From assembly GCA_951406725.2 (NCBI GenBank), contig OX597824.1, forward strand, positions 33,914,001 to 33,978,000: DNA of 64,000 nucleotides, in the 5' to 3' direction. The stretch comes from Octopus vulgaris (Eukaryota). The position numbers and the translations under genes are program-made. How positions within the stretch are numbered: the first letter of the stretch is position 1; each line of letters starts with the position of its first letter. A model generated the notes under the pieces. It had not been told where the DNA came from and searched no databases. It saw only the letters and a list, made by a program, of their open reading frames with translations. Positions 53,150-64,000 of this stretch are shown here, one piece after another.

Positions 53150-55820
53150 AATTTTTAATTGTGTTAAAACAAACGTTGTGGTCAGTTAATTTTGTAGATA
53201 AAAATTTCCGGTACGAAACTTTACTGTCCAAAACATTGGACGAGGCGGAGTTATCTCCCTTAGATCGGTTCCATTTTTGCCGGCAACTTTTCTCTACCCT
53301 GCAAATTATGTTTCCTACACGAATTTCCTCCGATGAAGGCAATGGCTAAATATCCCTTTTCTTAAGTTTAAAAAGGTCTCCGCATCAAATGATTCTTTCA
53401 GGATTCTTGCTCTTTCGACCAAGCAAAGCTTACATCGTTTGCTCCCGTTGGTGCACGGCCCTGGTTGTTCTTGGAGCCTTCCTTTAATTACGTATGGCGT
53501 ACCTTCCTCTATTAAAAGCTATACGTTGTTGATCAGGGACAAGCTGTTGCTCCTCACTGGTATCCACAAGAAGGACCTGTGGTTGCAAAGGACCAGCGTA
53601 TTTCTGTGTCTGTGCCCTATTGCTTGTAGTATTGCAGCTGTCGTTGTTGCATCGTTATCGTTGCCGGTGCTGTTGTCACATGCCGAATCCGTTGCCGGTA
53701 GCGGTGCTACAGCTGCTAGTATTGCTGCCATTGTTGCTGTTATTGCTGCACGCGATATATGTACCGGAGTTGCTGCCACTGCCGGACACATTGTTGGTGC
53801 TGTTGTAGCTGTTGTTATGGCGATCTTTCGTCTCTAGTAGACCTTTCCGTCGATTTCCGTAAAAATTTTTTTTTTTTACATATGGGCTTGCGGGAACTTT
53901 TGAAGTAATGAGAGCGAAAGAGACTAAGAGAAAGCGATTGTATGACGAGGGAAGTTCTTTTGAAGTTACCGTGCATGGGAGCATTGATGTATATGTGTGT
54001 GCGTGTGTGTGTTTGATGGGGTGTGGGAGACAGACAGTATGTTGTGAAGTGCTTCTGTTAGTGTGTGTGAAGAGACAGAGTAATGTGTGAAAGAAAGAGA
54101 TAACTGAATTTTTTTACTCGGTGTATGTGTATATGTATGTATATTACTTCAAAAGTTCCCGCAAGCCCATATGTAAAAAAAAAAAATTTTTACGGAAATC
54201 GACGGAAAGGTCTACTAGAGACGAAAGATCGCCGTTGTTATTGCTACCATAGCTACCGCTGCTTCTTGACGCACTACCAGCGTAACTGCCGCCGCAGCCG
54301 TCGCGGTTGTTGTTGCTGCTGCTGCTGCTGCTGTTGTTGTTGTTGTTGTTGTTGTTAAGCAACAAGACGGGTAAGGGTGATTTGGTGATGGTCTAGGGCT
54401 TAGGGGCAGGAGAACTCAGACCTTGAAAAAAAAAAACTTTGGACGTCTTGTTGTAGTCGAGGGCTCTTCGTTGACGCCCGACACCACTGAGAGGTGGCCT
54501 TCGAAGTCGCTGGAAATGGAGATTTCCAGGTCCAAATTCTTGAACGGTTGCTGTTGCTGTTGTTGTTATGAGCGGGTGTGTTGTTGGCGTCGTTGCCGTT
54601 GTTACCGCCAACGCAGCCGCTCACTGGGTAGTCATTAACCCTGCATGAGCATCCAGCCTCTGCGTATGCTTTAGAGGTACTCTGCGTATGGTTTAGGGCT
54701 ACTCAATAATGTTTCTTAACGCTGTGCACATAGCTGAAAGAAATCCTTAACTTGTGTCTAGTAAACAAACGACCGATTCTATGTGACTGTGAAGTGTTCG
54801 TCCTGTAATCTAAAAAATATCTTTCTCGCGCAAGTTTTGACATTGAGTGAGAAGGGTGGGAAAAACCAAACGGCTTTACAGGGCCGTTTCCTTTTGTGGG
54901 TGTTAGTACCCTGCATAGAGTAGATGCGGTCCTTGAACCCATTGGTCGCTAAAGCCTCATTGTAACAGGATCTGCAGAGTGGAAAATTTCTTTACTGAAA
55001 TACAGGTTCGAAATCCTCGTACTGACACCCTTCACTAGGTTCTTGAACACGTAGGTGGATGGCAAGAGGCTGCGTTAAAGTACGATAGCCTTTCGTTTTA
55101 GTTTGTGGCGGGGTCAATATGAACCGGTACCCAGGTTTAATGTAACGTCAAAAAGTTAACAATGGTAAGGTCAGATTCGATCCACCATAGCCAAATTTAA
55201 ATTAACACTGCAACAGAACTTTTCCCAAGATGGGACAATGGCTTTTTCTCTGACAGTAATTTTACATTTCCCAGATGCCTTTAGCTAGGCCAAAATAATG
55301 TCTTCACCACTTGACCCTTTCTAACCTCTTCTACTTCACCAAAAGCTAGAATTGAGATAACAAGACCACCAACTAAATCTATTGTTCTCAATGATATATC
55401 TATCCTTCTGGATGGTTATATAAGCAAGAACATCCCAAGCAAAAATCAGTTCGTCACAGTCGTGGCGACTCAACGGAGTTTGTCACCAGGCGGTGACGAC
55501 TCAACGAGGTCTGGCTGACCAACCTTGGTCAGAGGGAGAAAGCAACTGTGAGACAACACCCTACAATTCTCTCTAGCTCTAATTCTGTCCCTTACAACAT
55601 CAGTCTATCTCTCTCTGTAATCTTGAGTTCATGGGAGTTAAGGATGCGAACTAAGTTCTTCCTAAGCTTATCTAGAGTATGCCTGGTAGCGTCTCTAGAG
55701 ATGGCTAAGGTGTCATCTCTGTATAGAGCCTTTTCGTTGAGGTATCCAGTATATACAATCCTCTGATGCAAAACCTGCAGTTTCATGTAATTATTGGTCA
55801 TCTCGCTTCGGCTTATCACT
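53150..55820 (-). mobile_element. decayed Penelope-like element with nested MITE
   Basis: LYRDD (ORF 55592-55819), KAVWFFPPFSLNVKT, low-complexity linker, then EEGTPYVIK...NGSKRCKLCLVERARILK...LNLRKGIFSHCLHRRKF (GIY-YIG C-terminus). Confidence 0.8.
53819..54233. mobile_element. MITE, 91-bp TIRs, 8-bp TSD GTTGTTAT
   Basis: 53819-53909 is the reverse complement of 54143-54233. GTTGTTAT lies at 53811-53818 and 54234-54241. Termini GG...CC. Confidence 0.88.
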
Positions 55821-56049
55821 AGGTACTAATCACAGAGACTCAGTGAATGGTACTCGTGTTGAAAACGTGTTTACAACTATAATACTATGACGTACAAATA
55901 TCTCTTTGTGGTGAACTCATTTTCATCCCTAAAAGTCCTATAGCGATGGAAGAGTGGGCACTGTGTGAAAACCTAACCAGTTGGAAACGTACAGTAAATT
56001 ACAACTTTCGTTTCTCACCTATGCATCTGTAACGGGACCGCATAGTCAT

Positions 56050-57300
56050 CTGAAAGATCATGGTCGGAAAGTTAAAAATGCTATTGATAATCAGGAAGCA
56101 CATCTGTGAAGATGGAGCAATCACTATACAAACACACACACACACACACACACACAATAAGCAACAGGTTAGATTTGCACAGTTCGATGTTATAGATTTT
56201 TTATCCCTCTATATCTAGATCACTGCTTGATAAGGCGATTGAGTTTGCAAACATATATGTTGCTATAGACCATATAGATCTAGACTTTATCGTGCATCCG
56301 AGAAAAACACTTCTATATAGTAAGGGCTCGGCATGGGTCTAAAAAAGCCGATACAAATGAATAGTTCGATTTATCGATGGGATTGTATGACAGTGCTGAC
56401 ATTTGTGATTTTGAGGTCATTTTATATTAAATACATTGAGATCCAAGTTCCTATTCCACAATGTTAGTCTATACTGAGACAATGAACTGGGAATTTCCCG
56501 TGGCTGTGATAGTCACACTTTTGATAAATCTAGGGAAAAAACTCATCGCTACCTTTAATTAATTAGACCTCAAAAATCACTGTCACTACTAACCTGTCAA
56601 ACGTCAATTTTTTTAGATGTTTCCCTTGATCTAAACTCTCACTCTTATAAACCGTATCAAAAGCCCAAACGAGAAACTTTCCTACATATACAAACAGAAC
56701 TTGTCCACTCGACCAGGGGTGCATGATAAACTCCGTCATATATGAGGCAGAAGTTACGGCAGCGCTGCATGATAACCTAACCGAAAAGAAGAACTACATC
56801 AAGTTATGCGAAGGTGACACAAAAGTTGCTATACTAGCTACCTATCTTCTTTCCGGTACATGGACAAAAGTAAAGTCACCAAGTTGACTAGTCACATATA
56901 GAGTTGCAAGACCAACTCCACGCCTCGTACATTTAAGTGGAAAATCGTACAAAAATTCATGCCAGATCGCATATCCTTTTCTAAGAATTCCACCGCACTG
57001 TTGAATTCCAGATCAGAAATTTTCAGCAAATGCAAACATATAGACAAGTTTCTTTTGGTGAATTGGAGAACACCTTCCTCTCCGAATTGAGCTTTTGTAT
57101 TGTCAGATTTTAAACTTCCTTCGTTGATTCTATACCATGAAGCCTTATGACTCTACGATTAATGGGGAGGTAACTAATTCTTCTTTTAACCTTTCTCGTT
57201 TTTTCTCGTGATTTCTTTTGTTTTAGTGTTTGTAACTTGTATAGGCTATGTGCCCAGAGCCTGAAGATTACTTGGAGATAACAGGCGTGTTTTAAAACCT
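56050..57300 (+). mobile_element. decayed, internally deleted Penelope-like element
   Basis: FDVIDF/YPSISRSLLDKAIEFA, FDLSMGLYDSADIC, CPLDQGCMINSVIYEAEV, FKWKIVQK, LLNSRSEIFSKCKHIDKFLL, followed by a T-rich 3' tail. Confidence 0.8.
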
Positions 57301-58030
57301 AACGAGATGATATCAAAATAGCGAATTTTGAAATTATTTAATATGTATATTTCGGGTTTGCGTAATATATGATAGGAAACGCGTCTATTACATAAACTTT
57401 TCTCGGTTAAAACATTTCGAAAATATGGTTTACATAATGGATGAACCTCCTATCATATATTACGCAAACCTGAAACGTGCGTATTAAATGATTTCAAAAT
57501 CTCGCTATTTATTGAAGCTTGTTACTGGCAGTCTCAAATTATGTACCTACAACTCTACCTACTTATGACTTGTTTTCTGCGATGACTAGTTTTACTCTGT
57601 GTGTGTGCGTGCGTGCGTGTGTGTGTGTGTGTGTGTGCGCGTGTAACCCAGTATAATCTGTCGAATGCTTGGGCCAAGCGCGACTAAACTGGCCAGCAAC
57701 CCTACCAAGCCTTATTGGTAAGGAGAGTGGTTGTCGTTGGATATCCTGAAGAATAAATAACGGAACGTGTCAAAGAGTGGATGAGCTCAATAGAGTCAAG
57801 AGACATTCAACAGCTGGGAGTGACAGAAGAAATCGAAAACTTGAAGCAATACCAGAGAAAAAGAGGTGACAGAAGGAAAATATTACAAAGAATCAATAAC
57901 AGCTAGTAAAAGAAAGGATAATACAAAACCAACTGACAAGAGCCAACATTCCAACATTCTTTGTGATATCTACAATACTGGAGAAAAGTCAGCAGATATG
58001 AAGAGGATCATCTGCTATAAGAAAGACAGC

Positions 58031-58632
<602 letters not shown>

Positions 58633-58705
58633 ATATAAATATATATATATACAATGATATATCTATATATATATACATAGGACACTGCATTGAAAGGTTT
58701 TCTGT

Positions 58706-58897
58706 CTTACTCTTTTACTTGTTTCAGTCATTTGACTGCGGTCATGCTGGAGCACCGCCTTTAGTCGAGCAAATCGACCCCGAGACTTATTTTTTGTAAG
58801 CCTAGTACTTATTCTATCGGTCTCTTTTACCCGAACCGCTAGGTTACGGGGACATAAACACACCAGCATCGGTTGTTAAGCAATGCTAGGGGGATAA

Positions 58898-58932
<35 letters not shown>

Positions 58933-59131
58933 CATACATACATACATACATACATACATACATACGACGGGCTTCTTTCAGTTTCCGTCTACCAAATCCA
59001 CTCACAAGGCTTTGGTCGGCCCGAGGCTATAGTAGAAGACACTTTCCCAAGATGCCAAGTAGTGGAAATGAACCCGGAACCACCATGTAATTGGTAAGCA
59101 AGCTACTTACCACACAGCCACTCCTGCGCCT
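58706..59131 (-). mobile_element. SINE family A
   Basis: Full-length family match. Confidence 0.85.
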
Positions 59132-59270
59132 ATTGTGTGTGTGTATATATATATATATAGGCAATTGAAAAATAGGATAAAATCTTTATAAGAATTTATC
59201 AAGTAGTTAGTGTAAAAAAAACCTCATAAGGAACAAATCCATCAATTTTTCCTCTTAAATATATTCATAC

Positions 59271-59455
59271 ATATTAAGGGCATTACTATACATAAATGCC
59301 TCACGCTAGGAGAGACTCTTAAAGTCAAAACTACACAAATAAATACCAAAATGATATTTATATAATATTATATAAAATAATATTTATTTTGGTAGTTTTG
59401 ACTTTAAGAGTCTCTCCTAGCGTGAGGCATTTATGTATAGTAATGCCCTTAATAT
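59271..59455. repeat. inverted repeat with ~64-bp arms
   Basis: ATATTAAGGGCATTACTATACATAAATGCCTCACGCTAGGAGAGACTCTTAAAGTCAAAACTAC and its reverse complement around an AT-rich spacer. Confidence 0.85.
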
Positions 59456-59510
59456 ATATATATATATATATATCTGTAAATGTAATATATGACAATTATT
59501 CGGCAGCCAT

Positions 59511-59571
59511 GATAAAACTCCGAGTTTCGGATGCCGAGGTGGAAATCCACGCCGCCAGCTCTTCAGTTATC
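59511..59571 (-). ncRNA. hammerhead ribozyme-like motif in a palindromic element
   Basis: GATAA-CTGAAGA-G...TGGATTTCCA...C-GAAA-CTCGGAG-TT-TTATC, with 5-bp stem I. A mirror copy on the plus strand at ~59575-59634 has core CGGAAGA. Confidence 0.68.
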
Positions 59572-59938
59572 TGGCCATCGGAAGAGATGGCGGCGTAGGT
59601 TTCCACCTTGGCATCCGAAACTCGGAGTTTTATCATGGCTACCGAATAATTGTCACATGTTACATTTACAGATAAATTCCTCTATTTACGTAATATCGAT
59701 GTCTCTTTCTTTCTTTTGTTGTCTTACCATTTTTATCAATATATATATATATATATATATATTCAATATATATATATGAACACAAACTGTGTCGATTCCC
59801 ACCTGGAAAATATGTTTTCTCGGGGCTGAACGTTAGTAACATCGTCCCGTGTAGGACTGCCACATTCTGTTGGCAAATAAACTTTTAAACTTTATTGTTT
59901 AGTACTGTTACTGAATATCTCTTGCACAGATTTAAAAC

Positions 59939-59981
<43 letters not shown>

Positions 59982-60659
59982 TCACACATACAGAAAAGAG
60001 AGGAGTGGGAAACAGGCTCCAGAAAATAGTATGAAGGAAGCTACTATTCAGCCTTGGACGATTTATAGTTATCTCGAAAATCACAGTATATTGAGGTCAA
60101 GGTAATATAGTTTAGCGAACAAGGGAAACGACGTAGACAGACTGCCACGAAAAGCATTGCGTATAGTGAGGTTCCCAGTACTAAATTTGGTATTCTGTGA
60201 GGTCATGAGTTTACACCAGAATAGTCAAGTTTTATTAAATGATCTTCAAATAGGGTTTAAATTTATATTTGCCGAGTTATGTGAAATAACATTTAACTAT
60301 ACGTCAGTTAAATTTTAGCTTCTTTCACATGATGGCACAATGTTATGAAGATATAGCTAATAAAGATATAATATATTATGAAGTTTTATGCCTGAAACCA
60401 AGAATAACAACATTTATAAAACGTGGAATTCATACAGAACCCGTTTGCATATTTATATCTATGTCAGAATGTGAGACTCTGAGATGGTAATTTTTCTGGA
60501 AATATTGGAAGATAAATACATTTAATTAACTTCATAATTTTAATATCTTCTGTAATAATAATAATAAAATACTACAGAGAAATATATTAGAGTAACCTGA
60601 AGACGTGAAAGAAAGTAAAGCATTAAAAAAAAATCCAAAATTCAAAGAATCGCAAGTTA

Positions 60660-60710
60660 AGTCGCAGATGGCATTATAGCGGAAATGGGCGTAGTGCGCA
60701 TGCGTCGACT
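60660..60710 (+). promoter_or_regulatory. candidate glycogen synthase promoter (NRF1-type and ETS-like motifs)
   Basis: TGCGCATGCG at 60695-60704 and GCGGAAAT nearby, in a CpG-enriched patch ~130 nt upstream of the ATG. Confidence 0.5.
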
Positions 60711-60834
60711 GTTTCCTTCACCTTTGAAGCGAGTCGACCTCCGCTTCTGGTGACCTTCACGTAACGTTCCATGTCTGTGTTGTGTTCTCCAGCAGCCTGA
60801 CCAGTGAGACGGATTTATCAAAATAATAAACACG

Positions 60835-60973
60835 ATGAACCGGAGGAGAAGTAGTCTTTTCAAGTCTGTGAAAGATTTTGAGAATGATGATGACTCAGTT
60901 CGAGATGGTGGGTCTTCCGCTGCAGCTAAAAATTTATGGTTCTTCGAATGTGCTTGGGAAGTAGCAAATAAAG
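60835..60973 (+). CDS. GYS: glycogen synthase, exon 1 coding part
   Basis: MNRRRSSLFKSVKDFENDDDSVRDGGSSAAAKNLWFFECAWEVANK|V contains the animal GT3 motif FExAWEVANKVGG. Donor G|GTAAGC at 60974 is at the intron position also used in vertebrate GYS. Confidence 0.93.
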
Positions 60974-63140
60974 GTAAGCGATTCCTCTTTGGTAACATGT
61001 TGACGCTATCTCACTTTCCCCTTTTGTAAAAGCTGTTTTGTAATGGACTTGTAACTATGACTATCTCTTAAGTGTAAATCTTGTGCCAAAAAGACTGTAT
61101 TTATCTCATTATTTTAATCGAGTTTAATGTCTGATCCTGTTATGACCACTACAAGACAAGGACATGACATTCAACACTTGGTTTGGTTCTACGTTATGTT
61201 CTCTCATCTCCCTCTTGGTTACCTAAATATTCATTAAAATTATTATTTAATATTATTAATTTATTTATTGTTTGATATTATTAATTTATTCATTTTCTTA
61301 CTTTGCTTTAAGATCTTATTTTTGAAGAGAAATAATGTTCGTAGTGTGGGTGTGATTACATTTGTTTTCACTACGTCGTCATTTGTGATCGGAATCTTGT
61401 AATTTCTTGTAAACAAGAACAAATATTTGTTAAAACTGTTTTAAATTGTGTATTTAATACATTATTTTGGTGATTTTGACGAGTGTAATACTGAAAGTAT
61501 CTACTCGTAATATTGTAAATATTGTAAGGCGTCTTTAATTGTTTACATTTTGTTGCGTTTATGTCATATTTTGTTTTCGGAGGTGTGTGTTGATATGGGG
61601 GAACACCTGTATGTATATATACATATATATACAAATCTATGAACATATCTATTAAAGCAGGAGATATATTTAGTGAAATATACGTTTCCGTACAGAGTTT
61701 GGAAAAATCCATCATGCCAATCTTATGACAGTTGATGACAGTCTTAGATCAGTCTTAATCGAGCAGACCTATGGTTAAAAACACTGTGGCCTTAAACATC
61801 ACGTCCTTTATTCAGACACAATGATTCTAGGACAACATTATGTAATGTATCATGATGAAAAATTACTATAGGATGTGATTTGAGAACGATTTGGCTGCTA
61901 TTTTCAGCTGGTTAAACGACTGCGTAGTTTCCTTCTTAACTTGTCATTGTTAAATGTAAAATGCCTACAGTCTACGTTACATTTAAATCTGAACTGCAAC
62001 TGAAGTAAAATATGTACGATTGAATGTACACATATTTTACGTGTCTACAACTCCCCATATTTTTTATACAGATATATTGTTCTTCAAGAAATATTATACA
62101 CCTTCATGTACTTCCAAGAATCAACTTGTAGAATAGATACCAATTTCTTGTACATGATCATATTACATTAGTACAAGTCACCTCCAGCTAATGCATCATG
62201 AAGTGGCCCCTATACGATCGCTCGACATGTAAGACACCGAAGCCAACCTTCCTCATATCCGCCTGTCTGTTTTTCTTTGCTAGGTTTCATTATGCGGACT
62301 TGCCCCTAATCTGTGAAAGCTTCACAACAGCGAGACAGATGAGAGTAACTTATTCATACAAGCTATATAATAGATTATTACTAAATTTATCTCCGAATGG
62401 AAAATACCACAATAGCTAAGAGTAGATTTTAGGTCTGTTGGCATTTTTTGTTAACACTTCGTTACTGATTTCTGGCTTCGACATAAAACCTTAACTTTGG
62501 AATGGGGGAATGTATAATAAAATTATTTGATATCAATACTTGGCTGATGAAAGATAAAGTTGACCCCCAACAGGAATTGAACTCATAGCGTAAATATCTC
62601 AAGTTATATTGTCCGTCACTCTACCAGTCCTGCCAGCCCTCTGCCTGAACACTTCATCATCCAAGACTCGATGAAGAAACTCCCTTAAGCAATCATTCAA
62701 CCTGCTATAATAATAATCTAATCTCATTCAATTGACATTTTATTGTTAGATACCATAATTCAGGTTTCGACGTTAACTTGAAAAGATGAAATAAAATGTG
62801 GCTGAAATAATTTTGATCATAGTTTTGCTCAGTCAGGGCTGACTTACCGCTAAAGAATCTACAACCACATTATTAACTACCATTTTTTTACCCTTTTAAT
62901 GTTGGTCTGTAGATAAAATTATCTTTTCTACTATAAGTACAAGGCCTGAAACTTCGACGGTGAGGGCTAGTCGGTTACATCGACCCCAGTGCTTAATTGT
63001 TACTTATTTCATCGACTCCGAAAGGATGAAAGATAAAGTTGACCTCAGCGGAAATTGAACTCAGAACGTGAAGACAGACGAAATGCCGCTAAGCATTTTG
63101 CCTGGCGTGCTAACGATTCTGCCAGCTCAACCGCATTAGC

Positions 63141-63303
63141 AATACCTCTCGACTGGACGAGGTATCCCAGGTCGATTGGATATCGGGGCCGTAATTTGCG
63201 TTGAGGTGTCGATGTTCAGTGAGTCCTGCAATTCACATAAGTTCAAGCGGATAGCCGTGTTCTTCATCGACGGACAAGCCGAGTGATTCCCTGTTCCTGT
63301 AAA
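63141..63303 (-). pseudogene. orphan, diverged 5.8S rRNA-like sequence
   Basis: Minus strand ...ATCACTCGGCTTGTCCGTCGATGAAGAAC...ATGTGAATTGCAGGACTCACTGAACATCGACACCTCAACGCA...CGGCCCCG... carries the conserved 5.8S motifs in order. No 18S/28S neighbours are visible. Confidence 0.82.
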
Positions 63304-63335
63304 TAAAATAATAAAAATTAATTCTATATGCATAT

Positions 63336-63733
63336 AGGCGTAGGAGTGGCTGTGTGATAAGTAGCTTGCATACCAACCACATGGTTCCGGGTTCAGTCCC
63401 ACTGCGTGGCACCTTGGGCAAGTGTCTTCTACTATAGTCTCGGGCCGACCTAAGCCTTGTGAGTGGATATGGGAGACGGAAACTGAAAGAAGCCCGTCGT
63501 ATATATGTATGCATATATATGTATATATATATATATGTGTGTGTGTCTGTTTGTCCACCCAACATCGCTTGACAACCGATGCTGGTGTGTTTACGTCCCC
63601 GTAACTTAGCGGTTCCGCAAAAGTGACCGATAGAATAAGTACTAGGCTTACAAAGAATATGTCCTGGGGTCGATTTGTTCGACTAAAGGCGGTGCTCCAG
63701 CATGGCCACAGTCAAATGACTGAAAAGAGTAAA
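63336..63733 (+). mobile_element. SINE family A
   Basis: Full-length family match. Confidence 0.85.
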
Positions 63734-64000
63734 GCAATTGCTAGTTTCTAGGAAAAGTTCAGAGGTCCTGAGCAATCGATAATGCATCACAGTTTCTTTT
63801 TTTTTTAATATTTATTAGAATATTTTCTTTCTTTTTAAATATTGATTAGAATTTTTTTGTTTCTTTTTAAATATTGATTGGAATTTTTCTCTTTCTTACA
63901 TAATATTTCAGAAATGATGAAATGAAATATTTACATTGTAGAACGTCATTTGTTAAGAGGTGAATTGCTGAAATTAGTGGATTTACAAACTGATTACGTG

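Noticed and set aside
53216-53340. GAAAC...GTC and CCGATGA on the plus strand as a permuted hammerhead
   Set aside because: The CCGATGA is the antisense of the PLE coding motif CLHRRK, and no supporting stems were found.
60597-60612. CTGAAGA-CGT-GAAA as a hammerhead
   Set aside because: No room for stem II and no stem I/III pairing, so probably chance.

Overview
AT-rich, repeat-dense eukaryotic genomic DNA. The SINE and microsatellite landscape suggests an octopus/cephalopod genome (inference). Two host genes point away from each other. On the minus strand is the 5' part of an LNX-type RING E3 ligase: a probable non-coding exon near 43.9 kb, the RING exon at 39915-40204 and the next exon at 2385-2477, across a ~37 kb intron. 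On the plus strand is exon 1 of glycogen synthase (60835-60973). The rest is tRNA-derived SINEs of at least four families, (TA)n-type microsatellites, three decayed Penelope-like retroelements (PLEs), Tx1/L1-like and RTE-like LINE pieces, mariner/Tc1 and Academ-like fossils, and several MITEs. Most ORF-track entries are repeat artefacts. The most interesting signals are: (i) several minimal hammerhead-ribozyme motifs, some arranged as palindromic mini-elements with one hammerhead per strand inside (TA)n tracts; (ii) a candidate internal promoter and first exon for a RING-less LNX isoform; (iii) an orphan, diverged 5.8S rRNA-like sequence in glycogen synthase intron 1; (iv) a SINE family sharing its 3' tail with the Tx1/L1-like LINE in the same window. 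All calls are by eye and repeat boundaries are approximate.
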